Source: Deltaproteobacteria bacterium
GTDB lineage: Bacteria; Desulfobacterota; B13-G15; RBG-16-54-18
Length of the DNA: 64,000 bases
Direction of reading: 5' to 3'
Assembly: GCA_016927065.1 (NCBI GenBank)
Contig: JAFGNJ010000028.1
Location: 5,165-69,164 of the forward strand
Position numbers and translations under genes: made by a program. Positions 50,450 to 60,523 of this stretch are shown one piece after another (position 1 is the first letter of the stretch; every line of letters begins with the position of its first letter). The notes below the pieces were generated by a model. The model saw only the letters and a list, made by a program, of their open reading frames with translations. It made no database searches and was not told where the DNA came from.

Positions 50450-51094
50450 TTATTCACCGTCCCCCATAAAGAGTGTGACGGGTGGCAGGCCATGCAGTCC
50501 GGGAACGGTAATGGCATGCAGGATGCGCAGTCGGTCGGTGAGGGCAGCGACCGCCAATTCTCGCGACAGCGGGGTCAGTTGCTCCATGGTCTGTACCTGG
50601 GCGAGGGTATAAAATCCAGCTTGGATAATTTCTTCAGTGGTTTCTTGGATGAGCTGTCCCCCTCTTATCCGGAGGAGGAACACTACATAACTGGTGTTGA
50701 CATCAGGATCGGGACGATTGCGAAAACCAGCGAGTCCAACGACCACACAGTGCAGGCCGGTTTCCTCCTTCACTTCACGCACGACGGCGGCATCGGTCGT
50801 TTCATTGCTCTCGACAAACCCACCCGGCAAGGTCCAATAACCGCGGTTTGGTTCCTGATTGCGCTGAATAAGGAGGATTGCGGCGGTATCCCTCTTCATT
50901 ACGATTCCCCCGACGCCCAGCGAATAGTGTCCAAAGTCGATAAAACCACAGCCGCCCTGCTCCGGGACACAGTGTGGTCGTTCGCGCCCCTCAATGGTGT
51001 ATGAGATCAGCCGTTGCCCGCACTGCGGACAAAATCGCATCTGCGCCATACCGTTTATCTTATTATCACAATAACCATGACCCGCGCAATACAA
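50450..51094 (-). CDS. NUDIX hydrolase with N-terminal zinc-ribbon
   Basis: NUDIX box GGFVESNETTDAAVVREVKEETG. N-terminal CPQCG...HCVPEQGGCGF ribbon. The real start is possibly ATG 51049. Confidence 0.8.
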   Translation of the reverse strand: MYCAGHGYCDNKINGMAQMRFCPQCGQRLISYTIEGRERPHCVPEQGGCGFIDFGHYSLGVGGIVMKRDTAAILLIQRNQEPNRGYWTLPGGFVESNETTDAAVVREVKEETGLHCVVVGLAGFRNRPDPDVNTSYVVFLLRIRGGQLIQETTEEIIQAGFYTLAQVQTMEQLTPLSRELAVAALTDRLRILHAITVPGLHGLPPVTLFMGDGE

Positions 51095-51237
51095 GGTCTC
51101 TTCTATAAGACGCTGGGTGTCGATGATACGGTCTCAAACAAGCTTCCAAGCCTCTGCAGACTGGGTTCGCTTGGATGGATGAGGGTTTGTGTAGAATCTT
51201 GCCCTTTCAGTGGGCTAGGCATATAATATAGGTACAA

Positions 51238-53409
51238 ATGCTTAGATTTAACGACATAGCGGATCAAATCGAATCATATAATCCCTCGGCAGACCTGGAC
51301 CTCTTAGAAAAGGCCTACGTCTTCTCGGCGAAGGTCCATCAAGGGCAGGTACGCCGTTCGGGCGAGCCCTATCTTATTCACCCCCTGGAGGTGGCCGGGA
51401 TCTTGACCAAGATGAAGCTGGACGTGGCCGCCGTCGCAACGGGGTTACTCCACGATACCATCGAGGATACCCTGACTACCTTTGAGGAAATCAAAGAACA
51501 CTTCGGCGACGAGATCGCCCATTTGGTAGATGGGGTGACCAAGATCAGCCAGATAAACTTCCAGACCCGTGAAGAACAGCAGGCTGAGAATTTTCGCAAA
51601 ATGGTCTTGGCCATGGTCAAGGACATCAAGGTAATTCTCATCAAGCTCGCTGACAGACTTCATAACATGCGTACCCTCCACTATCTTGATTCCCAGAAAC
51701 AACGGGAGATCGCCCAAGAGACCATCGAGATCTTTGCTCCCATTGCCAACCGCCTCGGCATCGATTGGATTAAGACGGAATTGGAGGAATTGGCGTTCCG
51801 TTACCTGGAACCTCAAGCATGTCGCGAGCTTTCCAAAAAAGTGGCCAAGACCAAGAAGGAGCGGGAGCGATATGTGGATGAGGTGAAGGGAATTATTACA
51901 AAAAAACTTGATGAGCTCGGCATACGGGGGGAAGTAACCGGGAGGGTCAAACAACTCTTCAGCATATACAAGAAGATGAAGCGCCAGGGCGTAGAGTTTC
52001 ATGACGTGTACGACATCACGGCCTTTAGGATTATCGTGGGCTCCATCAAAGAGTGTTATGAGGCATTGGGTATCATCCACTCCCTGTGGCCACCTGTGCC
52101 GGGAAAATTCGACGATTACATAGCCCTTCCAAAAGGCAACATGTATCAATCCCTCCATACCACGGTCATCGGCCCCTATGGGGAGAGGATAGAGATCCAG
52201 ATTAGGACGTGGGAGATACACATGATAGCTGAGGAGGGGATCGCCGCTCATTGGAAATACAAGGAAAGCGGAAAGTTTGACGAGAAAGATGCGAAACGAT
52301 TTTCCTGGCTGCGGCAATTGCTCGAGTGGCAGATGGATCTGGAAGACAGTCAGGAGTTTTTACAGACAGTCAAGGTGGATCTTTTCCCCACTGAGGTATA
52401 TGTATTTACCCCCAATGGGGAGGTGAAGGAGTTTCCCAAGGGTGCCACCCCTGTCGATTTCGCCTACAGTATTCATACCGACGTCGGGCATCAATGTGTG
52501 AGGGCGAAGGTGAATAGTCGTCTCGTGCCTCTCAATTATCAACTCAAAAACGGAGACGCAGTAGAAATCATCACCTCTGCTAAACATCACCCCAGCCGGG
52601 ATTGGCTGAAATTTGTAAAGACCCCACGAGCGAAGACCAAGATCCTCCAATGGATAAAGGGTCAGCAACGGGAGAAGAGCATCTCTCTGGGGAGGGATCT
52701 GTGCGAGCGGGATTTTAAGAAATTTGGCTTGAAATATTCCAAGTACTGGAAGGCAGGAGATTTTGAGAAGACAGCCCAAGAGTTTAGTCTCACCAACGGA
52801 GAGGAACTTTTGGCCTCCATCGGCTATGGAAAGATTACCACTCAGCAGGTGATCGGACGCCTTGCCCCTGAGAAGATCAGAATAGACGATAAAAAGACGG
52901 CTGAAGGAGGCCTGGAAAAGGTTATCAAGCGGATAAGCAGCCGGCAAAAGGGGCTTGTCAAGATCGATGGGATAGACGATGTTCTCATGAGTTTTGCCGG
53001 CTGCTGCAACCCCCTACCGGGGGACAAGATCGTTGGCTTTATTACGAGGGGGAGAGGGGTGACGATTCACACGGCGGATTGTCTAAACGCCCTTGCGGCG
53101 GATCCCAGGAGACGTATAGAGGCGCAATGGGCCCTCGATGGAGATACTACCTTTCCCACCAGGATCCGTATCTACTCTGCCGACAAAAAAGGAATGCTGG
53201 CTACCATGAGTTCCTCTATCTCGGGCAATGGGGTCAATATCATTGGGGCTCAGATCCGGACCACCGGTGATGGAAATGCGGAAAGTACCTTTGATATTGA
53301 GATCGGGAACTTAAAACAATTGAAAAAGATACTCCATGCCTTACAGAATATTGACGGGGTGATGAAGGTCGAGCGGATTAGGGAGTGGCAGGGACCTGTG
53401 GGGCCTTGA
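51238..53409 (+). CDS. Bifunctional (p)ppGpp synthetase/hydrolase RelA/SpoT (Rel)
   Basis: HD hydrolase domain (HPLEVAGIL...HDTIED), synthetase domain (YQSLHTTV), and TGS/ACT C-terminal domains. 723 aa. Confidence 0.93.
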   Translation: MLRFNDIADQIESYNPSADLDLLEKAYVFSAKVHQGQVRRSGEPYLIHPLEVAGILTKMKLDVAAVATGLLHDTIEDTLTTFEEIKEHFGDEIAHLVDGVTKISQINFQTREEQQAENFRKMVLAMVKDIKVILIKLADRLHNMRTLHYLDSQKQREIAQETIEIFAPIANRLGIDWIKTELEELAFRYLEPQACRELSKKVAKTKKERERYVDEVKGIITKKLDELGIRGEVTGRVKQLFSIYKKMKRQGVEFHDVYDITAFRIIVGSIKECYEALGIIHSLWPPVPGKFDDYIALPKGNMYQSLHTTVIGPYGERIEIQIRTWEIHMIAEEGIAAHWKYKESGKFDEKDAKRFSWLRQLLEWQMDLEDSQEFLQTVKVDLFPTEVYVFTPNGEVKEFPKGATPVDFAYSIHTDVGHQCVRAKVNSRLVPLNYQLKNGDAVEIITSAKHHPSRDWLKFVKTPRAKTKILQWIKGQQREKSISLGRDLCERDFKKFGLKYSKYWKAGDFEKTAQEFSLTNGEELLASIGYGKITTQQVIGRLAPEKIRIDDKKTAEGGLEKVIKRISSRQKGLVKIDGIDDVLMSFAGCCNPLPGDKIVGFITRGRGVTIHTADCLNALAADPRRRIEAQWALDGDTTFPTRIRIYSADKKGMLATMSSSISGNGVNIIGAQIRTTGDGNAESTFDIEIGNLKQLKKILHALQNIDGVMKVERIREWQGPVGP

Positions 53410-53590
53410 CAACCCGACCCGCCTTGATGCATTTAGTACACACCCTCATCCTGACAACTTTTCCGTTTTGGAGGACTCGTACCTTTTGGAGGTTTGGCAG
53501 CCATACCCGTTTCGTTCTGTTATTGGCATGGCTGACGTTATTGCCCCTCTGAGGACGTTTGTTACATATATCGCACTGCCTGGACATCAT
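53378..53590 (-). CDS. rpmB: 50S ribosomal protein L28
   Basis: M(M)[37 protein letters not shown]...; about 70 aa. Start at 53590 or 53587. Convergent 32-nt overlap with the rel 3' end. Confidence 0.9.
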   Translation of the reverse strand: MMSRQCDICNKRPQRGNNVSHANNRTKRVWLPNLQKVRVLQNGKVVRMRVCTKCIKAGRVVKAPQVPATP

Positions 53591-53749
53591 TATCTCCCTT
53601 CCCAGAAGGTGTTTTTTATAAACCTTTTTTTTGTTGGTGTCAAGGAGAACTTTATTACGCAAACGAATGGCCAGAAATACCATGAGGAGAAATTTGACAA
53701 CTCAAGGATATTTGATGTAATTTGTTCCATTCTGTGAACAGGGGAGACC

Positions 53750-54571
53750 ATGGGACTTACAATCGCTGGAATACAGATGGCTTGCCGAGAGGATAAGGAT
53801 GATAATGTCCAAAAGGCATTACGGATGGGGCAGCTTGCCGCACAAAGAGGTGCCCAGATCATCTGTTTTCAGGAGTTATTCAACACTCACTGGTTCCCCA
53901 GAGATATTCATGAGCATAATTTTCTCTTGGCTGAGGATATTGATGGTCCTACCATGGCGGCGATGAGGACATTGGCCAAGGCGAAGGGGGTGGCCCTGAT
54001 CTGCCCCTTTTTCGAGAAGGATGGTGATCAGTATTTTAATACTGCTGCCGTGATTGATCGGGATGGGGAGATCGCGGGGGCATATCGAAAAGTCCACATC
54101 CCGCAGATCCCCCTATGGGAGGAACGGACCTATTTTTCCCCTGGTGACAAGGGGTTTCCTGTGTTCGATCTCGGCCTTGCAAAAATTGGTGTGCAGATAT
54201 GTTGGGACAACTTTTTCCCCGAGGGGACAAGGCAGTTGGCCCTCCAGGGGGCCCAGGTCATCTTCGCCCCCACCGCCGCCGCCTTCGCCTCCCAACAGCG
54301 ATGGCTGAAGGTCTTGGCGGGAAATGCTATCGTCAATGGCCTCTTCGTCATGCGGGTAAATAGGGTAGGGAGCGAACCAAAACAGGATTTCTACGGCATG
54401 AGTTTCTGCATCTCCCCTGAGGGAGATATTGTAGGTGAACCAACAGGCCTTCAGGAGGGGATTCTGCTGGTGGAGATCGCTCTCGATGAGGTATCAAGGG
54501 TGCGCAGGGAATGGCCCTTTTTAAAAGATCGAAGGCCGGAGATTTATACGTTTTTGGCGCAGCAGGACTAA
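53750..54571 (+). CDS. Carbon-nitrogen hydrolase family protein (nitrilase/amidase superfamily, e.g. N-carbamoylputrescine amidase or omega-amidase-like)
   Basis: Catalytic triad context: E in ICFQELF, K in AYRKVHIP, C in VQICWDNFFPE. Confidence 0.75.
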   Translation: MGLTIAGIQMACREDKDDNVQKALRMGQLAAQRGAQIICFQELFNTHWFPRDIHEHNFLLAEDIDGPTMAAMRTLAKAKGVALICPFFEKDGDQYFNTAAVIDRDGEIAGAYRKVHIPQIPLWEERTYFSPGDKGFPVFDLGLAKIGVQICWDNFFPEGTRQLALQGAQVIFAPTAAAFASQQRWLKVLAGNAIVNGLFVMRVNRVGSEPKQDFYGMSFCISPEGDIVGEPTGLQEGILLVEIALDEVSRVRREWPFLKDRRPEIYTFLAQQD

Positions 54572-54572
54572 T

Positions 54573-56237
54573 GTGAAGAAAGGTTTGTCCGAGATCATCG
54601 TGCGAGCAGTTACGAGGGGGCAGGAGCGAGGAGAAGTACCTGGGAGTGATCTCCCACCCCTTATTATGGAATATCCCCGGGAAGAGAAATATGGCGATTA
54701 TGCCACCAATATTGCTATGACCTTGGCTTCTCACGCCGAAAGATCACCACGGGACATTGCTGAGACTATTGTACGGTATATAGAGGACGACGAGGGGATC
54801 ATCGAACGGGTCGAAGTAGCCGGGCCCGGCTTCATAAACTTCTTTCTCAAGGCGGACTATTGGCATCATTTTTTGCGGGAGGCTGCTCGACAAGGGAACC
54901 GGTACGGTGAAGGGGATATAGGGGGTGGTAAGCGGGTCTTGATTGAATTTCTCAGTGCCAACCCCACCGGCCCCCTCCACATCGGGCACGGGAGGATAGC
55001 CGCCTTTGGCGACGTCTTGGCTAACCTCTTGGAGAAGGTTGGTTACAGGGTGGAGCGTGAATACTATGTCAACGATATCGGGACGCAAATGCAACTCCTG
55101 GGACGCTCCGTGTATCTCCGGTACCTGCAGGAGTGGGATAAGGAGCTCGAATTTCCCTCTGATGGGTATCAAGGGGACTATATCAGCGAGATCGCCCGCA
55201 CCATCAAAAATGGAGAAGGGGATACGTATCTCGGTTCCCCTGAAGAGGACGCTATAAATTTCATGGGTGAAAAGGCCTCTCAGATCATCTTAGGGTGGAT
55301 TAAGGATGATCTGGAACGATTTCAAGTCCGCTTCGATAAGTGGTACCATGAGGCGGATTTATACACAAGCGGTTTGGTCCCGCGGCTTTTGGAAGAATTG
55401 CGAAACAAAGAATACCTGTATGAGAATGAAGGGGCCCTCTGGTTTAAAAGTACCCTCTTTGGTGATGAGAAGGATAGGGTAGTAATCAGGGGCAATAAAG
55501 CAACAACCTATTTTGCCTCTGATATCGCCTATCACAAAGACAAGTATAATCGCGGGTATGATCACATAATAGATATTTGGGGGGCCGACCACCACGGCTA
55601 TATACCCCGCATGGAGGCCGCTATTCAGGCCCTCGGATGTGACCAAGCCATCTTTAAGGTTATCCTGGTGCAGTTGGTCAACTTGTTGCGGGGAGGGAAG
55701 CAGGTCAGTATGTCCACGCGGACCGGGGAATTCACCTCCCTGAAGGAGGTGATGGATGAGGTGGGGGTGGATGCCTGCCGCTATTTCTTCATGCTGCGCA
55801 GGGCCGACTCTCCGTTGGACTTTGATGTGGAGTTGGCTAAGAGGGAAGGGGCGGAGAATCCCGTTTATTATGTACAATACGTCCACGCGAGGATATCGAG
55901 TATCTTTAAGAAGGCGGCTGAAGATGGCGTAGAGGTGCCGACCTTCAAGGATGTGGATATCTCCCAGCTACGCCTCCCGGAGGAGCGGTTGTTGGCCAAG
56001 CGGGTAGCCATCTACCCTGAGTTTCTGGAAGGGATGGCTCTTGCCTTGGAGCCCCACCGCTTGACCGCTTATGTGCAGGATTTGGCTGGCATCTTCCACA
56101 GTTATTATAACAAACATCGTGTCATCTCAGATGACAAGGCGTTGACGAATGCACGGTTCCTCCTGGTCAAGGCCGTCCAGGGGGCTGTGCACAGTGCGCT
56201 GGGGATTTTGGGAATAGTCGCCCCGACGGAGATGTGA
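54573..56237 (+). CDS. argS: Arginine--tRNA ligase
   Basis: GTG start. HIGH-like region SANPTGPLHIGHGR, class I fold and C-terminal DALR anticodon-binding domain. Confidence 0.93.
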   Translation: MKKGLSEIIVRAVTRGQERGEVPGSDLPPLIMEYPREEKYGDYATNIAMTLASHAERSPRDIAETIVRYIEDDEGIIERVEVAGPGFINFFLKADYWHHFLREAARQGNRYGEGDIGGGKRVLIEFLSANPTGPLHIGHGRIAAFGDVLANLLEKVGYRVEREYYVNDIGTQMQLLGRSVYLRYLQEWDKELEFPSDGYQGDYISEIARTIKNGEGDTYLGSPEEDAINFMGEKASQIILGWIKDDLERFQVRFDKWYHEADLYTSGLVPRLLEELRNKEYLYENEGALWFKSTLFGDEKDRVVIRGNKATTYFASDIAYHKDKYNRGYDHIIDIWGADHHGYIPRMEAAIQALGCDQAIFKVILVQLVNLLRGGKQVSMSTRTGEFTSLKEVMDEVGVDACRYFFMLRRADSPLDFDVELAKREGAENPVYYVQYVHARISSIFKKAAEDGVEVPTFKDVDISQLRLPEERLLAKRVAIYPEFLEGMALALEPHRLTAYVQDLAGIFHSYYNKHRVISDDKALTNARFLLVKAVQGAVHSALGILGIVAPTEM

Positions 56238-56905
56238 TGAGGGATTATAAAGAACCGATTTCCAAGGTACAAAAGCGCAATCAACTCTCGAGGATTTTCG
56301 GAATTATGGGGGGGATGATCTTTGCTTTTGTGATCTTCATCGTGGGGGTCAGAGTAGGGATACAGATCGAACGGGAGCGGGTGCGTATTGCCGAAGAATT
56401 GACGTCTCCCATGCCGAGTGGTAAGACAGGGGAGGGTACGGATAAAAGCAACGATAAAAAATCACCTCTATCCCCAGAGGAAAAAGATGATAAGATGAAG
56501 TTTACCTTTTATGAAACCTTGACGAAAAAAGAGCTGACTGAAAAAGAGACACCAAAAGAAGAAACACCGGCAAAAAAAGAGGTAGCGACGAAAAAAGAGG
56601 AGGTTAAGACACCCCCACCAACGCACACAAAAGTGGAAGAACTCAAGAAGGCGACTGCTGAGAAAGAGTTTTTCTTTGTTCAGATTGCCTCTTTTAGGGA
56701 AAAGGAGACGGCTGAGGGCCTGCGGGACAGATTGGCCAAAGAGGGGTATACGGTTAACGTAACCCCAGTACAGATAGAAGGGTTGGGTTTGTGGTACCGG
56801 GTAAGGCTGGGAGGGTATACAACGTTGCAGGAGGCCCAGGAAGTACAGAAAAGGATTGCCGTTGAGGAAAACATCGAGGGGACTAAGGTGGTATCAAGTC
56901 CATGA
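56234..56905 (+). CDS. SPOR-domain cell-division protein with Lys/Glu-rich linker
   Basis: N-terminal TM. Charged repeat linker. C-terminal SPOR block [31 protein letters not shown]...WYRVRLGGY. Confidence 0.75.
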   Translation: MMRDYKEPISKVQKRNQLSRIFGIMGGMIFAFVIFIVGVRVGIQIERERVRIAEELTSPMPSGKTGEGTDKSNDKKSPLSPEEKDDKMKFTFYETLTKKELTEKETPKEETPAKKEVATKKEEVKTPPPTHTKVEELKKATAEKEFFFVQIASFREKETAEGLRDRLAKEGYTVNVTPVQIEGLGLWYRVRLGGYTTLQEAQEVQKRIAVEENIEGTKVVSSP

Positions 56906-58704
56906 TCGTAGATCGTTCGCGAATACGAAATTTTTCTATCATCGCTCATATCGACCACGGCAAGTCCACCCTGGCCGATCGGTTTCTGGAATTGACCCAC
57001 TCGGTCCCGGAGCGGGAAATGCGCGCGCAATTCCTCGACCGCTTGGATCTCGAACGGGAGCGGGGGATAACCATTAAGGCCCAGAGTGTGAGGATCAGAT
57101 ACCCCGGTGCAGATGGGGGTGAGTATCTCTTGAACCTCATCGACACCCCGGGGCACGTCGATTTTGTCTATGAGGTATCCAGGAGCATGGCGGCCTGCGA
57201 AGGGGTGATCTTGTTGGTAGATGCCATGCAGGGGGTGCAGGCCCAGACCGTGGCGAATCTGTATCAAGCTATGGAAAACGATTTGGTGGTCATACCCGTG
57301 ATCAACAAGATAGATCTTCCCGACGCTGATCCAGAGCGAGTTAAGGGTGAGATCGAGGAGGTCTTGGGGCTTGATCCCTCAGATATCCTTACCGTAAGCG
57401 CCAAGGAGGGTACCGGTGTACATAACCTCCTGCAAGAGATCATAGAACGAATTTCCCCTCCAGCAGGTGATCCCGATGCCCCTCTCAAGGCGCTGATCTT
57501 TGACTCATGGTACGATTCATATCACGGTGCCATCATCATGGTCCGGGTTGTGAGCGGCCGCGTAAAAACAGGAGACCGAATACGCCTCTGTGCCAGCGCC
57601 AAAGACTATACCGTAAGCCGGGTCGGCGTTTTCGCCCCTCATGAAGTGGAAGAAGGATCCTTGGGGCCTGGTGAGGTCGGCTTTTTGGTGGCTGGGATCA
57701 AGGCAGTCAAGGAGGCTAGAGTGGGGGATACCGTGACCCTCGCCCATAACCCTACCAAGGAGCCTTTTTCTGGTTTTAAGGCCATCAAACCTATGGTCTT
57801 CGCCGGACTGTATCCCGCTGACGCCGGACAATATAACCCTCTCCGTGAGGCCCTGGAACGGTTTCACCTCAACGACTCATCCTTTACCTTCGAACCGGAG
57901 AGTTCGGCAACTTTGGGTCTCGGCTTTCGCTGTGGATTTTTGGGGTTGCTCCACATGGAGATCGTTCAGGAGCGGCTGGAGCGGGAGTTCGGTCTGCGGC
58001 TCATCTTCACCTCCCCTACGGTGGTTTATGAGGTGGTGACGAACCACGGCGAGACCCTGCGGGTAGCTAACCCCAGCACACTGCCGTCCCGGGAGGAGAT
58101 AGCATCCATCCGGGAGCCCTTTATCACCGCCACGATACATCTCCCGGCCGGATTCCTCGGGCCTGTCTTGCGGCTTTGCGAAGAAAGAAGAGGGAAACAG
58201 AAGCAGATTGAATATTTCTCTCATCATAAGGTGGCGGTAACCTATGAACTTCCCCTCGTAGAGGTCCTGTGGGATTTTTATGACCGGCTCAAATCCTTCA
58301 GTAAGGGATATGCCTCCTTTGATTATGGGTTCTGCGCATTTCGGGAATCTGATTTGGTGAGGCTCGACATCCTCATCAACGGGGAGGTGATGGAGGCCCT
58401 CTCCATTATCGTGCACCGAGATCAGGCCTATTACCGTGGCAAAGAGTTGGTTCACAGGATGAAGGACATTATACCTCGTCAGATGTTCGAGGTGGTAGTT
58501 CAGGCGGCCGCAGGTGGGAGGATTATCGCCAGGGGGAAAATTCCGCCATTACGCAAGCACGTGACGGCTAAGTGCTATGGGGGGGATGTCACCAGAAAAA
58601 ATAAACTGCTGGGAAAACAGCGAGAGGGGAAGAAGCGGATGAAGCGCGTGGGGAAGGTGGATCTTCCCCAAGAGGCCTTTCTTACCCTCTTACAGGTTAG
58701 ATGA
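56902..58704 (+). CDS. lepA: Elongation factor 4 (LepA)
   Basis: GTPase G1 [17 protein letters not shown] and NKIDL, plus the LepA-specific C-terminal domain. Confidence 0.97.
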   Translation: MIVDRSRIRNFSIIAHIDHGKSTLADRFLELTHSVPEREMRAQFLDRLDLERERGITIKAQSVRIRYPGADGGEYLLNLIDTPGHVDFVYEVSRSMAACEGVILLVDAMQGVQAQTVANLYQAMENDLVVIPVINKIDLPDADPERVKGEIEEVLGLDPSDILTVSAKEGTGVHNLLQEIIERISPPAGDPDAPLKALIFDSWYDSYHGAIIMVRVVSGRVKTGDRIRLCASAKDYTVSRVGVFAPHEVEEGSLGPGEVGFLVAGIKAVKEARVGDTVTLAHNPTKEPFSGFKAIKPMVFAGLYPADAGQYNPLREALERFHLNDSSFTFEPESSATLGLGFRCGFLGLLHMEIVQERLEREFGLRLIFTSPTVVYEVVTNHGETLRVANPSTLPSREEIASIREPFITATIHLPAGFLGPVLRLCEERRGKQKQIEYFSHHKVAVTYELPLVEVLWDFYDRLKSFSKGYASFDYGFCAFRESDLVRLDILINGEVMEALSIIVHRDQAYYRGKELVHRMKDIIPRQMFEVVVQAAAGGRIIARGKIPPLRKHVTAKCYGGDVTRKNKLLGKQREGKKRMKRVGKVDLPQEAFLTLLQVR

Positions 58705-59336
58705 AAGGAGGAACTGAACGGATGTCTGAAACAAAAAAAAGCAAGGTGCGGGAATATGCAGAGACCCTGATTATAGCGCTACTCATCGCCCTCTTTGTCA
58801 GGACCTTTGTAGTCCAGGCCTTCAAAATCCCCTCCGGCTCCATGGAGCCCACCCTCCTGGTGGGGGATCATCTTTTAGTTAATAAATTCATCTACGGTAT
58901 CAGGATACCCATGATAGGAAAAAAGATCGTCCAATTCAGCGAACCTGAGCGGGGGGATGTCATCGTTTTTGTCCCCCCCCACGAGCGGAAAAAGGACTTT
59001 ATCAAACGGGTCATTGGATTGCCGGGAGAAAAGGTGGAGATCAAAGAGCGAAAGATCTATATCAATGATCGCCTCATCGAAGACCCCTGGGGGGTTTTCA
59101 CAAAAGACAATCCTTCAGCAAGCTTGGATAATTATGGCCCGGAAAAAGTCCCCCCAGATTCACTCTTCGTTATGGGTGACAACAGGGACAACAGCCAAGA
59201 CAGCCGTTATTGGGGGTTTGCCTCCCTCGATGATGTCTTGGGTAAGGCCTTTATTATGTATTGGTCGTGGGACTGGGATGCCCGCTCTCTGGTGTCAAGG
59301 GTCCGCTGGAACAGGATTGGCAGTCTTATCCGCTAG
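58701..59336 (+). CDS. lepB: Signal peptidase I
   Basis: Catalytic Ser box [10 protein letters not shown] and Lys box region [11 protein letters not shown]...YINDR, with [14 protein letters not shown]. Alternative start ATG 58722. Confidence 0.93.
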   Translation: MKGGTERMSETKKSKVREYAETLIIALLIALFVRTFVVQAFKIPSGSMEPTLLVGDHLLVNKFIYGIRIPMIGKKIVQFSEPERGDVIVFVPPHERKKDFIKRVIGLPGEKVEIKERKIYINDRLIEDPWGVFTKDNPSASLDNYGPEKVPPDSLFVMGDNRDNSQDSRYWGFASLDDVLGKAFIMYWSWDWDARSLVSRVRWNRIGSLIR

Positions 59337-60409
59337 TACTCTTTGATGTCCTTATCCTTGCGAAAGATCGCGGCGATAAGGGTTACCCTGACCCACATAC
59401 CGTTGCGCACCTGACGCCAATAGATGGCCCGTTTATCCCCATCTATCTCCACGGGTATTTCGTCCCGTCGCGGCAAGGGGTGCATGATGATGGCATTAGG
59501 GGGAAGGATCTTCAAGTATTCCTTTTTGAAATAGTATGCGGAGTAATCTATCCGTTTTGATTCTCCCGCCTTATCATATTCATCCTGAATCCTGGTCATG
59601 TAGACGGCATCCACGGAGGGGATGACTTCCTCAAGGGTATTCGTTTCCTCAAATGCCACCTTTTGTTCCTTGAGGTAGCTTTTGAGGTCCTCTTCCATCT
59701 GGAGTTCAGGAGGGGCAACGAAGTAGAGTTTAACCCCCCTATAATTTCTTAAAAGGTACGCCAAGGAACGTACGGTTCTGCCCCGCAAGAGGTCTCCTAC
59801 AAAAGCGATCCGTTTGCCGTCGATTCCCCCATAGTTGTCGAAGGAACGGTGGAGGGTGTAGATGTCCAGGAGGGCCTGCGTGGGATGCTGATCTTTCCCT
59901 GAACCGGCGTTGATGACAGGTACCGGTCTCCTGATCTGATTCAGGAGAAACGCGATCCTCTCGGCAAAGCCCGATTGGGGGTGGCGCATCACGATGAGGT
60001 CCACATAGCTACTGAACGTCCGAACAGTATCTTCCTGTGACTCCCCTTTCATTTCCGAGGAGGTGGCGGCATCCCTTACTTCTGAACACTGGATCCCCAA
60101 AATCTGACAGGCGGCCATGAAGGAGAGGAAGGTTCTGGTGGAGGGTTGGACAAAGTAGAGCATCGCCCGTTTCCCCTGGAGGAGGGACTGAAGAAACGAA
60201 ACCCCTTTATTTCCTTTGGCGATTCCCCTGATCTTGGTGGTCAGTTCACATATTTCATCGAGAAACTGCCGGTCGAACTGCTGGGACATGATGACATGAA
60301 AGATGCTCCCGTCCCGGGTGAAGTACTCTTTCTTTTCGCTTCCTCGGAGTTGTTGGAAGGTTTTCCAATCGATCCCCTTCATCACGTCGGCCATTACCGT
60401 CACCCCCAA
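59333..60409 (-). CDS. pyrB: Aspartate carbamoyltransferase catalytic subunit (about 30-aa N-terminal extension)
   Basis: STRTR-type motif PSTRTFLSF, HPTQAL, YMTRIQDEY (Arg/Gln aspartate-binding context) and HPLPRRDEI, as in ATCase rather than OTCase (HCLP). Confidence 0.8.
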   Translation of the reverse strand: MGVTVMADVMKGIDWKTFQQLRGSEKKEYFTRDGSIFHVIMSQQFDRQFLDEICELTTKIRGIAKGNKGVSFLQSLLQGKRAMLYFVQPSTRTFLSFMAACQILGIQCSEVRDAATSSEMKGESQEDTVRTFSSYVDLIVMRHPQSGFAERIAFLLNQIRRPVPVINAGSGKDQHPTQALLDIYTLHRSFDNYGGIDGKRIAFVGDLLRGRTVRSLAYLLRNYRGVKLYFVAPPELQMEEDLKSYLKEQKVAFEETNTLEEVIPSVDAVYMTRIQDEYDKAGESKRIDYSAYYFKKEYLKILPPNAIIMHPLPRRDEIPVEIDGDKRAIYWRQVRNGMWVRVTLIAAIFRKDKDIKEY

Positions 60410-60523
60410 TCACTGTATCCTAGCTCGATTGAGGGGGAAAATCAAGCAGGAGAACGGGCCGTTACGCTTTCTTGACAAGGCGGAGCATGGGGTTTAGCTT
60501 ATATCAGGAAAGCTTGCAGGAGG

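Noticed and set aside
51445-52317. 290-aa ORF antisense to rel, and the 192-aa ORF antisense to lepA (57877..58455)
   Set aside because: Same reasoning. The sense genes are unambiguous and the antisense translations lack motifs.
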